A stretch of 64,000 nucleotides of DNA, taken from the NCBI GenBank assembly GCA_963701855.1, contig CAVPBK010000009.1, positions 1 through 64,000 of the forward strand, given 5' to 3'. The notes under the pieces are model-generated. The model had not been told where the DNA came from, did not search any database, and saw nothing but the letters and a program-made list of their open reading frames with translations. The translations under genes and the position numbers were made by a program. This document shows positions 9,551-19,461 of this stretch, in pieces (the first letter of the stretch is position 1; each line of letters begins with the position of its first letter). This DNA is from Nitrospirota bacterium. Its GTDB lineage: Bacteria > Nitrospirota > Nitrospiria > Nitrospirales > Nitrospiraceae.

Positions 9551-9592
9551 TGCCCCACAAATTCCTACATGATGATTTCGTGTCGGCTCTAA

Positions 9593-9789
9593 CCCGCATT
9601 ATTCATGAACACTTCTGCAGCAATCGCCGATCCGCTACTACGACGAGCCTTCGGCTGGCGAGCCTCGCCACTCGTGAGGAGCAGCCGGACAGGCACTGCC
9701 GCACGACGGCAGAGCCTGTCCCCGGCTCCGCGCGCCGGTCTTGCGACGCGGCTCAGTGATTTCGCGATGAACCTGCATGAATCATCCCG
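9593..9789. repeat. MITE-like family C
   Basis: CCCGCATTATTCATGAAC..CTGCAGCAATCGCCGATCCGCT shared with 38810-39039 and 45527-45754. Confidence 0.7.
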
Positions 9790-9915
9790 CAGGCTGTTCA
9801 GAAAGGCCGTCCAGCAAGGCCGCAGCAAGCGCAGAGGCGAGGCGTACGCTTCGGTACGTTGAGCCTCTAAGCGCCGCGAGAACGATGCTGGCGGACTTTA
9901 TCAACAGCCTGCTAG
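9788..9915. repeat. MITE-like family B
   Basis: GCAGGCTGTTCAGAAAGG..CAGCAAGGCCGCAGC..GGCGTACGCTTCGGTACGTTGAG..CAGCCTGCTAG, shared with 18368, 24208 and 45245. Confidence 0.8.
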
Positions 9916-11247
9916 CAATTCGTTGGCCTCGTGTCTACTTCCGGTTCCGATGGTCACCTCGATTCTCGCGACCCCCTTCACATTGGCGCACAGATCTCCA
10001 AGACCGGGAGTCACCAACCGAAATGGACCCCCTTTCGCATCGGGCAACGATGCTCCGTCGAGTTCATAGACGAGCACCCCGTACTCTCTCGCCTGTTGCA
10101 GCGTAAGGCAGGCGGAATACTTCCCGTCCGAGGCATGAAAGGTGACATGATCCGCTCCGATGGCCAGCGCTGGAATATCGAGTAGCCCCTTCACGCGAAT
10201 CCCTTTCCCCATCATGCCTGGCATCACCGTCGAAATATCGATCTGATGTTCTGCCGGCAATGCTGTGATCGCGGCACGATCGAGCGAGACAGGTTGGACC
10301 ACCGCTCCGTCGATCCGCACAATACCGGGACCGGTTCGTTCCCGCTCGGTAATGGTTTTGATCACCGCCGTCAGCAGGTCGTTCAGCGGTGTCGGAATGC
10401 CGAATTTTCGTCCAAGCTTCGCGACATACCCATTCAGATAGTCGATTTCGGTCGGCCGACCGGCCTTCCAATCGTCATACATCGAGGTATGGATATCCCG
10501 AATCTCTTGTGTCCAGCGGACCACCTTCTCTGCCATATCCGGAGCCAACGGCACTTTTGCGCTGGCGGCCACCGCCACGATTTCACCCACGATCTGGTGG
10601 ATCACTCCCAGCATCTCGGGATGATCGAGCGCCTTGGCGACCTTGTCGTCGATCATCACGGTCAAGGGATTGAAGACGCAATTCCAACAGAGCTTCTCCC
10701 ACTTGCTGCGCCGGATATCGTCGACCAGCTGACAAGGAATCCCCGCCTGTTTGAACAGATCCGCGATGGCCAGCAGACGAGCGCTTTGGTTCCCCATCAG
10801 CTCCCCGATCGCCACAGCCCCTTTCTTATAATGGTCGATGATCCCAGGCGCCGCGATCTTGGTATAGATATACGCGATACCGCCAACGACACAGTCCCGT
10901 TGAACACGCGCCAGGATGCGATCTTCCGTATCGACTCCATTCTGCAGGGTCAAGATAACGGTCCGATCCGTCAGGATCGGCTCGATCTGTGTCAGCACCT
11001 CATCCAGATCGTAGGCTTTCATGGAGAGCATAATCAGGTCCGGCTTCGGGAGATCTCGCGGATCGGAGGCGGCCGGCGGATGCACGGTGAAGGAACCATG
11101 GGCACTGCGAATCGTAAGACCGTTCTGCTTCACGGCCGCGAGCGTCTTGGGCCGAAGCAGGAACGACACAGAGAGCTTCGCTTTCGAGAAATGTGCGCCG
11201 AAGAATCCACCGACCGATCCGGCACCTACCATGAGAATCTGTTTCAT
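9901..11247 (-). CDS. panE: 2-dehydropantoate 2-reductase fused to a C-terminal molybdopterin-oxidoreductase-like domain
   Basis: GAGSVGG, LQNG, KWEKLCWN, SMYDDWKAGRPTEIDYLNG. C-terminal HVTFHASDGKY..GGPFRLVTPG..NVKGVARIEV. Confidence 0.85.
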   Translation of the reverse strand: MKQILMVGAGSVGGFFGAHFSKAKLSVSFLLRPKTLAAVKQNGLTIRSAHGSFTVHPPAASDPRDLPKPDLIMLSMKAYDLDEVLTQIEPILTDRTVILTLQNGVDTEDRILARVQRDCVVGGIAYIYTKIAAPGIIDHYKKGAVAIGELMGNQSARLLAIADLFKQAGIPCQLVDDIRRSKWEKLCWNCVFNPLTVMIDDKVAKALDHPEMLGVIHQIVGEIVAVAASAKVPLAPDMAEKVVRWTQEIRDIHTSMYDDWKAGRPTEIDYLNGYVAKLGRKFGIPTPLNDLLTAVIKTITERERTGPGIVRIDGAVVQPVSLDRAAITALPAEHQIDISTVMPGMMGKGIRVKGLLDIPALAIGADHVTFHASDGKYSACLTLQQAREYGVLVYELDGASLPDAKGGPFRLVTPGLGDLCANVKGVARIEVTIGTGSRHEANELLAGC

Positions 11248-11321
11248 CATGCACCTCACAAGAATAGCGGACGCGTACTATATCACGCTGATTCGTTGGC
11301 TCGAAATGCGATACCATTCGC

Positions 11322-11499
11322 ACAACCATTCAGGTAGATAGGCTGATGGCTTTCAGGGGTCGGGCTTCTTGCGCAACGAGGATTCATTTCTGCTTGAACC
11401 CAATGTCGAAGAAACCGAGAATGTGTTGAATGGGTTGGCTCATGCCTTGCGAGATGTTTTTTGACCTTCAGCCTTCAGGCTGAACACCTGAGTAGATAC
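11322..11499. repeat. MITE family D (degenerate copy)
   Basis: Colinear with 49582-49769. Flanks CCATTCGC and CCATCTGC resemble a decayed 8-bp duplication. Confidence 0.7.
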
Positions 11500-11509
11500 C
11501 CATCTGCCT

Positions 11510-12238
11510 ATGGCCACCGACGACCAGATCCTCCTCGCCCGCAGACACCTCGCGTCCGCTAAGAATGTGACCGTCCTCACTGGAGCCGGCATTTCAGCCG
11601 ATAGCGGCGTGCCGACCTTTCGCGGGGCAGAAGGTTTGTGGCGCACCTTTCGCGCGGAAGATCTCGCTACTCCGGAGGCTTTTAAGCGGGACCCGCGACT
11701 GGTCTGGGAATGGTACAACTGGCGGCGTGAATTGATTGCCACCAAACAGCCAAATTCTGCCCACATCACCCTTGTAGAGCTTGAACGTCGTACACACGAT
11801 TCATTCTGGCTGATCACGCAAAATGTCGATGGACTCCATCGAACCGCCGGCTCACAATGGCTCACCGAAATTCACGGCAACATCTGGAAAGTCCGCTGTA
11901 CGAGCTGTGGCGTCATCTCGGAAAACCGGGAGATCCCTCTTTCCGCCCTGCCGACGTGTCGGCTATGCCAAGCATTGCTTCGGCCTCATATCGTCTGGTT
12001 TGGGGAATCGCTCTGGGAAGAAGACCTGCGCCGCTGTGACGAGGCCCTGCGGACCTGCGATCTCCTCCTTGTGATCGGCACATCGGGAGTTGTCTATCCA
12101 GCAGCAGGATTTGCGTCGGTAGCGAAAGAGGTCGGCGCGTTGGTCATCGAGATCAATCTCGAGAGCACCCCGCAGTCGAACCTGGTTGACCTCTCACTGC
12201 AGGGCCGCGCAAAAGATCTGGTTCCGTTACTTCTTTGA
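11510..12238 (+). CDS. cobB: NAD-dependent protein deacylase (sirtuin)
   Basis: GAGISADSGVPTFRG, TQNVDGLH, HG, two CxxC, GTSGVVYPA. Confidence 0.95.
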   Translation: MATDDQILLARRHLASAKNVTVLTGAGISADSGVPTFRGAEGLWRTFRAEDLATPEAFKRDPRLVWEWYNWRRELIATKQPNSAHITLVELERRTHDSFWLITQNVDGLHRTAGSQWLTEIHGNIWKVRCTSCGVISENREIPLSALPTCRLCQALLRPHIVWFGESLWEEDLRRCDEALRTCDLLLVIGTSGVVYPAAGFASVAKEVGALVIEINLESTPQSNLVDLSLQGRAKDLVPLLL

Positions 12239-12952
12239 GGCCATCACCAGCGGAAGAATTTCTTCTAATGTCCGAATCACAGTCCCGCCCGACGCCTGAG
12301 TGCGCCCTGCTCGATCCAGCAACACGCCGGTCAGCCCGGCCTTCGCCGCACCCTCCATATCGTCCCGCACACTGTCACCCACATGCATCGCTTCATCCGG
12401 ATCGACCGCATGCTTTTCGAGAGCAATCTCAAAAATCTTCGGCGCCGGCTTAGCAGCCCTAGCAAGGCTTGCTATCGTCACGGTATCGAAAAGCCGGTCG
12501 ATGCCAAGCCCCCGCATTACAGGAAAGAGCCGGGAATCGAAGTTGGACACAATGCCAAGCTCAAACCCTTCTTCACGCAGCCTGGTCAGCACGGCAAGAG
12601 TTTCAGGAAACAACGCCCAGGAGCGAGGATCTTCAAACACCTGAAAGACCTGCTCGAAAAATTCATCGAACCGTTCGAACATCCCAACGCGATAAAACAC
12701 GTTGTGTACGATGTCGAACCACCAGAGCCGTTCACATCGTTTTAACTCGATAGGATCCGTTGCGGCAAAGACCGGCGGCGAGGCGTCATGAAAGGCGCGC
12801 TGAAAGGCTTGCGCAATCGATGCCTGCGAGTCGGGAGTCTGCCGAAACCCGTGCTGAACTGCATGCATGAGGTAGATATTCGCCACCGAACCATTCACAT
12901 GAAACAGCGTTTCAGCTGCATCAAAAAAGATGACGTGGATGGGAGTCTTCAT
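12227..12952 (-). CDS. HAD-IA family hydrolase (REG-2-like)
   Basis: FDAAETL, VSNFD, KPAPKIF, HVGDSVRDD. Confidence 0.9.
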   Translation of the reverse strand: MKTPIHVIFFDAAETLFHVNGSVANIYLMHAVQHGFRQTPDSQASIAQAFQRAFHDASPPVFAATDPIELKRCERLWWFDIVHNVFYRVGMFERFDEFFEQVFQVFEDPRSWALFPETLAVLTRLREEGFELGIVSNFDSRLFPVMRGLGIDRLFDTVTIASLARAAKPAPKIFEIALEKHAVDPDEAMHVGDSVRDDMEGAAKAGLTGVLLDRAGRTQASGGTVIRTLEEILPLVMASKK

Positions 12953-13092
12953 TGGTCGTACGAGCCCTACTACTGCCGAATTGTAGTCAGTTCAAAAATC
13001 CGAAGTCAAAACGCGTATCTATCGCGCGATTTCTTGACAAAGAATAACCTCACTGCTAACGTCGATATAGTTCAATAACATTGGAGGGTTAG

Positions 13093-14223
13093 GTGTCTTC
13101 AACCATCTTTGTCGTTGACAGTAGTCCCGCCGTACGCCGGTTGGTCGAGCATATTTCGAAGCAAGAGGGGTGCGAGGTACAGGGGTTCCAGGATGGCCCC
13201 GCAGCCTTGGAAGCTGCACGCCGGATAAGCCCAAATCTCATCATCGCAGATTATCATTTGGAAAATATGACCTTTTCGGGATTCTGTAAAGAAGTCCACA
13301 AGCTGGATAACCTGGCAGAAACCTATATTGTCTCTCTAACCAGCCCTGCCGATCGTGTGGATGAAACCCACTTGCGTTCGTTAGGGGTAAAGGCCTTTCT
13401 CAACAAACCATTTCAGTCCGAAGACCTCACCGATGTGATCAAGGATTTGGAAGCGCAACAGGCATCCAGGACGAATGGAGCAAAGAAGAAATCTCGCTCG
13501 TGGCCGCCAGTCTCAAGCACAACGGACTCCGATGATGATGCCTACGACGATGACAGCCTAACCGAGGAAGAAGAGGAACAGGCCATTGCACCCCACCCCC
13601 AACCGAAAGACTCCCCCGTGACCACCACAGCAGCGCAGTCCTCTGCAGCCGAACCGGAAGAAGCGATGAAGGGCCTCTTCGGTCAACTCCTTCAGTCCAT
13701 GTCAGAACGGACGGAAAAAAAGATTGCCGACCTGCTTCCCAAGATGGTGGGAAAAGATCTGGCATCTCTTGTGGCCAAAGCCGTGGAAACAGAGGTGCAC
13801 ACACACATGGGTGCGGCCTTCACGGAAGAACGGCTGACTCAGGTACTTGAACCATTGCTCATGACGACACTTCCGAAGGTGCTCTCACGGGAAATGCCCC
13901 TCCTCCAACCCATCATTCGACAGAGCGTGTTCGAAACCGCGAGCCCCCTGATCAAAGAGCGTATCGATCAATTCGTCCGTGAAGAAATCACTGCCGTTCG
14001 CACCGCACTGTCCGATATGGTTCGAGAAGAGCTCGGATCGCTTGAAGGTCTCATCAAGGAAGAGATCCACCAGGCTGCTGCCAAACAGACCGCTGAAATG
14101 GCCGAAGCACTCGTCAAAGCGACAGCTCGCGAGCAAGTCGAACAGGCTGTTCTGCGTCTCGTGCCAAATCTGGCCGAAGAGCAGATTAAAGCAGAGATCG
14201 TTCGCCTTACACGAGCTGCGTAG
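13093..14223 (+). CDS. RomR-like response regulator (receiver, acidic linker, helical C-terminus)
   Basis: Receiver with IIAD and FLNKPF. D/E-rich linker. C-terminal LVPNLAEEQIKAEIVRL. Lies upstream of valS. Confidence 0.75.
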   Translation: MSSTIFVVDSSPAVRRLVEHISKQEGCEVQGFQDGPAALEAARRISPNLIIADYHLENMTFSGFCKEVHKLDNLAETYIVSLTSPADRVDETHLRSLGVKAFLNKPFQSEDLTDVIKDLEAQQASRTNGAKKKSRSWPPVSSTTDSDDDAYDDDSLTEEEEEQAIAPHPQPKDSPVTTTAAQSSAAEPEEAMKGLFGQLLQSMSERTEKKIADLLPKMVGKDLASLVAKAVETEVHTHMGAAFTEERLTQVLEPLLMTTLPKVLSREMPLLQPIIRQSVFETASPLIKERIDQFVREEITAVRTALSDMVREELGSLEGLIKEEIHQAAAKQTAEMAEALVKATAREQVEQAVLRLVPNLAEEQIKAEIVRLTRAA

Positions 14224-14243
14224 ACCTTCGCCTCCGCTCCAAC

Positions 14244-14363
14244 TTATCCCTTCTTGCTTTTCTTACCCTTACTCCGCCTAGCGGTCGCCAGAGCCTTCAC
14301 CCGTGCGACACTCTTCCGGTGTTTCTTTCTCGTCTTGCGGTCTTTTTCACGCCCTGTGGCCAT
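14244..14363 (-). CDS. Small basic protein (39 aa)
   Basis: MATGREKDRKTRKKHRKSVARVKALATARRSKGKKSKKG with RBS GGGAGAG. Confidence 0.65.
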   Translation of the reverse strand: MATGREKDRKTRKKHRKSVARVKALATARRSKGKKSKKG

Positions 14364-14518
14364 AATCTCTCCCAACTGTAAAAAGTGGAAGCGGAACGAA
14401 CCCCTCGCCCTCGCCTTGTGCGAGTCTGTATAACACACGGCTCTACACCCCTCAAGCTATCTATGTGCCCACGTCGTCTTGAGAGGCCAGCACCCGCATG
14501 CTAAGATGGGCCGCACTT

Positions 14519-14637
14519 CTAGCAGGATGCTGAAAAAGTCCGCCACCGTTATCGGAAGGTTAAGGCTGAGGCCACGGCTGAGATGAGAAAAATCAGGTCT
14601 TCGCTCAACCTTGACCTCAGCCTGTCTTGCTCGGCTA
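14519..14637. repeat. MITE-like family B, truncated, with hexamer-repeat cargo
   Basis: CTAGCAGGATGCTGAAAAAGTCCGCC then AGGTTAAGGCTGAGG..CTCAACCTTGACCTCAGCCT. Reverse copy of 45365-45484. Confidence 0.75.
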
Positions 14638-14653
14638 TACTGGGGAAGCGTTC

Positions 14654-17431
14654 TTGACCACACCCCAACTCGATAAAACCTACGATCCGAAGGCAGTCGA
14701 AGCACGTTGGTATGAGGTATGGAGCCGGAAAGGCTACTTCCATGCCTCGCCGACTCATCCCGGCCAACCCTACAGCATCGTGATTCCCCCGCCGAATGTC
14801 ACAGGCTCACTCCATGTCGGCCACGCGCTGAATCATTCGATCCAAGACATCCTGATACGCTGGCGGCGCATGCAGGGCCGCAATGTGCTCTGGCTACCCG
14901 GGACCGATCATGCCGGGATTGCCACGCAGAACGTCGTGGAAAAGCAGCTCATGGCCGAAGGCGAATCCCGTGAGTCCCTGGGACGCGAACGCTTCATTGA
15001 ACGCGTTTGGCAATGGAAGGCCTCCTCCGGAAACACGATCATCAGTCAACAGAAACAACTAGGCGAGTCCTGCGACTGGGACCGCCTGCGATTCACGATG
15101 GATGAGGGGCTATCGAAAGCCGTCCTGGAAGTCTTCGTGCGGCTGTATCAAGACGGGCTGATCTACCGAGGCGAACGATTGATCAATTGGTGTCCTCGCT
15201 GTCTGACGGCTCTGTCGGACATCGAGGTCGAACACGAAGATGTAAAAGGAAAGCTCTACCATATCCGCTACCCTCTTGCAGACGATCCTCATACTGCACT
15301 TATCGTGGCGACAACCAGACCTGAAACGATGCTCGGCGATACGGCAGTGGCGGTCCATCCCGACGACCCGCGTTATCGCCATCTCATCGGCAAAAAAGTC
15401 CGCTTACCGCTGACCACGCGTGAAATTCCAATCGTGGGCGACTCGATCCTTGTAGACCTCGCGTTCGGCACCGGCGCCGTGAAGATCACTCCCGCGCACG
15501 ACTTCAACGACTTTGAGGCGGGCGAAAGACATGCGCTGGGACGAATCGCGTTGCTAACCCAAGAAGGCAAGTTCGATCCTTCAGGTCTGCAAGACAGCAA
15601 AGTAGAACATGCCCTAGGACAGGAGCTCGCATTAAAGCCTGTTCAGAAAGCACGGGCCATAGTCGAAGCAGTTCTTACTGAGCAGGGATACCTTGCCAAA
15701 ATTGAAGACCACAAGATGGCAGTGGGCAAGTGCTACCGTTGCAAAACCGTGGTCGAACCGTATTTGTCGCCACAGTGGTTTGTGAAGATTAAGCCGTTGG
15801 CGGAGCCTGCGATCAAGGCGGTGGAAGACGGACGCATTCGCATCATTCCTGAAGGCTGGACTAACAACTATCTCGGCTGGATGCGAGACATCAAGGATTG
15901 GTGTATCTCTCGCCAGATATGGTGGGGACACCAAATTCCAGCGTGGTACTGTAGACAATGCAACGCCGACTCTATATTCGAGTCAAAATCCATAGAGGTC
16001 CAAGACGATAAGGTAACGGAAAAGCACACACTCGTCATCACGAAGAATGCCCGGCCTATCATCGCTAGAGCTGCCCCTACTAAATGCTCCACCTGTGGGG
16101 AAGGAAACTTTCTTCGCGATCCTGACGTCCTTGATACCTGGTTTTCTTCCGCACTTTGGCCCTTCTCCACGATGGGATGGCCGGAACAGACTCCCGAGCT
16201 AAAAACATACTACCCGACCTCGACACTCGTCACCGGCCTCGACATTCTTTTTTTCTGGGTCGCCCGCATGATCATGATGGGTCTGAAATTCATGGACGAT
16301 GTTCCTTTCCGCGATGTCTACATCCATGCCTTGGTCCGCGATGCCGAAGGGCAAAAAATGAGCAAGTCGAAAGGCAACGTCATCGATCCGTTGCATGTGA
16401 TGGAGCAGTTTGGCACCGATGCGCTCCGCTTCACGCTCGCCTCGATGGCCTCACCTGGGCGTGACATTAAACTCGCAGAGGAACGGATTGAGGGTTACAG
16501 AAACTTTGCAAACAAGATCTGGAATGCCGCCCGCTTCACTCACATGCACATTGCCAACGTAAAAGAATCACAACTTCCGGACGATCGGTCATTTCCCGGT
16601 CTCTGGATACGAACCAGGCTGAACGATACCATCCAGATTGTGACGATGGAGCTGGAAGCCTATCGGTTTGATCGAGCAACTAGTGCTCTTTACCAATTTT
16701 TCTGGCATGAGTACTGCGATTGGTATCTTGAATTGATCAAACCTGTCCTCCAGGATTCTGTGCATCCTCAAGGTTCTGCAACCAGACGGACGCTTCAGGA
16801 TACGCTCGAGGTGTTTTTGCGACTACTTCATCCTTTCATGCCCTTTATTTCCGAAGAAATTTGGCAGACCTTACCTCACAAGGGTGAAACCATTGTGACC
16901 CAACCCTATCCAGGCCCTCAGACGGACTGGCACGAGCCGTCTGCAGAAAAAACATTTCGTCTCTTTGAGCAGAGCATCGGTCTGATCCGGACCGCTCGCG
17001 TGCTCCTCAACTATCCACAGGGACAAGAGGTCCGCGTCTTTGTGACCCATGAGGAGCCGGCAGCGAGCGCGACACTGGTTACTCTTGAACAGAATCTCAC
17101 GCATCTTGGGCGAGGACAGATCTCGTCTATTCCTATATCCCAGTGGCCGACATTGAATATACTCCGCCTCGTCGCAGGCGGCGTCACAGTGGGAGTATCC
17201 GTCGAGGGTGACGTGGACCTCAAAAAAGCGCTTGACCGTCTCGTGAAACAGATCATAGAAATCGACAAGGAATTCCAGCGGCTCGACGGCAAGCTCAAAA
17301 ATACGGACTTTGTCTCAAAGGCCCCGCCAGAAGTGATCACTGACCATCAGGACCGCCTCCGCGCACTCTCTCGTGACCGCGCCATGCTGACCAGCAGCGA
17401 ACGGCAGCTGCGCGCGATGCTGGGAACCTAA
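14654..17431 (+). CDS. valS: Valine--tRNA ligase
   Basis: PPPNVTGSLHVGH, KMSKS, DWCISRQIWWGH, C-terminal coiled coil. TTG start inferred. Confidence 0.98.
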   Translation: MTTPQLDKTYDPKAVEARWYEVWSRKGYFHASPTHPGQPYSIVIPPPNVTGSLHVGHALNHSIQDILIRWRRMQGRNVLWLPGTDHAGIATQNVVEKQLMAEGESRESLGRERFIERVWQWKASSGNTIISQQKQLGESCDWDRLRFTMDEGLSKAVLEVFVRLYQDGLIYRGERLINWCPRCLTALSDIEVEHEDVKGKLYHIRYPLADDPHTALIVATTRPETMLGDTAVAVHPDDPRYRHLIGKKVRLPLTTREIPIVGDSILVDLAFGTGAVKITPAHDFNDFEAGERHALGRIALLTQEGKFDPSGLQDSKVEHALGQELALKPVQKARAIVEAVLTEQGYLAKIEDHKMAVGKCYRCKTVVEPYLSPQWFVKIKPLAEPAIKAVEDGRIRIIPEGWTNNYLGWMRDIKDWCISRQIWWGHQIPAWYCRQCNADSIFESKSIEVQDDKVTEKHTLVITKNARPIIARAAPTKCSTCGEGNFLRDPDVLDTWFSSALWPFSTMGWPEQTPELKTYYPTSTLVTGLDILFFWVARMIMMGLKFMDDVPFRDVYIHALVRDAEGQKMSKSKGNVIDPLHVMEQFGTDALRFTLASMASPGRDIKLAEERIEGYRNFANKIWNAARFTHMHIANVKESQLPDDRSFPGLWIRTRLNDTIQIVTMELEAYRFDRATSALYQFFWHEYCDWYLELIKPVLQDSVHPQGSATRRTLQDTLEVFLRLLHPFMPFISEEIWQTLPHKGETIVTQPYPGPQTDWHEPSAEKTFRLFEQSIGLIRTARVLLNYPQGQEVRVFVTHEEPAASATLVTLEQNLTHLGRGQISSIPISQWPTLNILRLVAGGVTVGVSVEGDVDLKKALDRLVKQIIEIDKEFQRLDGKLKNTDFVSKAPPEVITDHQDRLRALSRDRAMLTSSERQLRAMLGT

Positions 17432-17433
17432 GC

Positions 17434-18306
17434 ATGATGGCGCTGCCGGCTGTTGATATTCGACGTGCGGTCCGGATGGGACTCGAAGAAGATCTCGCCC
17501 AAGGAGACATCACGACATCGGCACTCTTTCCCGAACCAACTCCTGCTCGCGCCAGAATCATTGCCCAACAACCCCTCGTCGTTGCAGGGATGGCAGCGGC
17601 CATTCAAACATTTATCGCAGTAGATTCCTCTCTCAAGCTGACTCCATCCCGACGAGATGGGTCGCATGCCAAAAATGGAGATGTCCTATTGCAAATCGAA
17701 GGCGATGGACGATCCATCTTAATGGCTGAACGAGTTGCCCTGAACTTTCTCCAACATCTCTCCGGGATCGCCACACTCACTAGTTGCTTCTGCCGTGCCG
17801 TCCATGGCTATCCAGTCAGCATTATGGATACAAGAAAGACTCTCCCAGGATGGAGGGCTCTGCAGAAATGGGCGGTGTCGCTTGGTGGGGGGACGAATCA
17901 TCGTGCCTCGCTCGGCACCGGCATCTTGATCAAGGATAATCATCTGGCACTGATGAAAAACAAGAAAACCGCTGTCGTGACAGCCTGCCGGATAGCACAT
18001 GCCATAGCGTCCAAAGACAAGCCTGTGATTGTCGAAGTGGAATCGTTATCGGAGGTTCACGACGCCCTTCATGGCAAGGCCGACATCATTCTCCTGGACA
18101 ATATGACTCCCGCCACAGTGAAACGGGCAGTGAAACTCATCGACGGCCACGCACTGGTGGAAGTCTCGGGAGGCATCACCCTGAAAAACCTACGCGCAAT
18201 GGCTGCGGCCGGCCCAAACCGCATTTCCATCGGGGCCCTCACCCATTCAGCTCCCGCCGCAACACTCAGCCTAGTACTCGAACCACGCCGCCGGTCTAGC
18301 AAGTAG
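17434..18306 (+). CDS. nadC: Nicotinate-nucleotide diphosphorylase (carboxylating)
   Basis: ERVALNFLQHLSGIAT, DTRKT, IKDNH, LLDNM, EVSGG. Confidence 0.97.
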   Translation: MMALPAVDIRRAVRMGLEEDLAQGDITTSALFPEPTPARARIIAQQPLVVAGMAAAIQTFIAVDSSLKLTPSRRDGSHAKNGDVLLQIEGDGRSILMAERVALNFLQHLSGIATLTSCFCRAVHGYPVSIMDTRKTLPGWRALQKWAVSLGGGTNHRASLGTGILIKDNHLALMKNKKTAVVTACRIAHAIASKDKPVIVEVESLSEVHDALHGKADIILLDNMTPATVKRAVKLIDGHALVEVSGGITLKNLRAMAAAGPNRISIGALTHSAPAATLSLVLEPRRRSSK

Positions 18307-18367
18307 CGGAGAATTACTTTTACATGCGAGAATTTAGAGAATCCGCGCATATCCTACGAGACTCTCC

Positions 18368-18497
18368 CGCGGAATGCTCAAACAGTTCGTCCAGCAAGGC
18401 CGCAGCGAGTGAAGGGCCGAGGCGTACCCTCTGTGGTACGTTGAGGCTCTGAACGATGCGAGAACGCCGCTGGAGGACTGTTTCAGCATTTCGCTAG
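18368..18497. repeat. MITE-like family B
   Basis: CAGCAAGGCCGCAGC..GGCGTAC..GTACGTTGAG..TTTCAGCATTTCGCTAG. Confidence 0.8.
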
Positions 18498-18504
18498 GTA
18501 ACAC

Positions 18505-19344
18505 GTGCAACCTTCGCCACCACTGACCAGAGACACGATTCACAGCACCCTGTCGACCACGTGGCTGGGCCGTCGCATTGAACTGTTCGACGACCTTCCT
18601 TCAACAAACAGGGAAGCCGTTCATCTCGCAGAGGCAGAAGTGGAGCATGGCACCGTCGTCGTCGCCGATCGCCAGACCGCCGGACGCGGACGTCTCTCCA
18701 GAACCTGGTTTTCTCCGCCTGGCGCCAATCTCTACTGTTCCATCATTCTCAGAACAGCACGTCCAACGGAGCGCCTCACGGAATGGCTCTCCTGGTTGCC
18801 TCTGATCTCTGCGCTGGCCGCCGCTGAAGCAATCGAACAGGTCTCGTTCATCCATGTCTCTGTGAAATGGCCCAATGATCTCCTGATCTCGGAAAGAAAA
18901 GTCGGTGGAATTCTCTGTCAAAGCGGCACAAGCGCGCGGTCAGGCCCTTTCCAGATCATCGGAATCGGCATCAACGTCAACCTTGACCAGGATGATTGGC
19001 CTGCTGACTTGCGCGACTCAGCCACGTCAATATGGCAGGAACGAAAGGTTGTCATCGACCGCAACAGACTCCTCGCGCAGCTGCTCCACGAACTCGAACA
19101 ATGCCTCGATGAATTAGTGACTCACGGAACAAGCCAGCTCGCATTGGCCTATTGCCAACGATGCACGACCATCGGCCACAGGGTACAAGCAACGTTGGGC
19201 AATGGAAGCTCCGTTGTGGGGCTTGCCGAGGGAATCGGCCAGGATGGATCCTTGCGCGTGCAGACGCAGACGATTCAACTTGGATCAGGAACGCCGGAGG
19301 TCGTCCACTTGCGCGTGGCGGATATCATCCACGTGAGGACATAA
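18505..19344 (+). CDS. birA: Biotin--[acetyl-CoA-carboxylase] ligase (no HTH)
   Basis: STN, QTAGRGR, KWPND, KVGGIL, GIGIN. Confidence 0.95.
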   Translation: MQPSPPLTRDTIHSTLSTTWLGRRIELFDDLPSTNREAVHLAEAEVEHGTVVVADRQTAGRGRLSRTWFSPPGANLYCSIILRTARPTERLTEWLSWLPLISALAAAEAIEQVSFIHVSVKWPNDLLISERKVGGILCQSGTSARSGPFQIIGIGINVNLDQDDWPADLRDSATSIWQERKVVIDRNRLLAQLLHELEQCLDELVTHGTSQLALAYCQRCTTIGHRVQATLGNGSSVVGLAEGIGQDGSLRVQTQTIQLGSGTPEVVHLRVADIIHVRT

Positions 19345-19351
19345 ACAGAGT

Positions 19352-19417
19352 GTTCTTTTGGTTTGTTTGGTAGAACTAGACTAACCAGACAAACGAATCA
19401 AACCAGATGAACCAGAT
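19352..19417. repeat. 9-mer hairpin repeat (family A)
   Basis: TTTGGTTTGTTTGG..AACCAGATGAACCAGA. Confidence 0.7.
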
Positions 19418-19461
19418 TGCCTACTGGCCAAACCACCCAACCGAAACGTACAATAGTTACC

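Noticed and set aside
9589..9862. Short ORFs within repeat families (also 38800-39033, 45190-45525, 51694-51948)
   Set aside because: They are translations of MITE or 9-mer repeat DNA with no RBS or frame conservation between copies.
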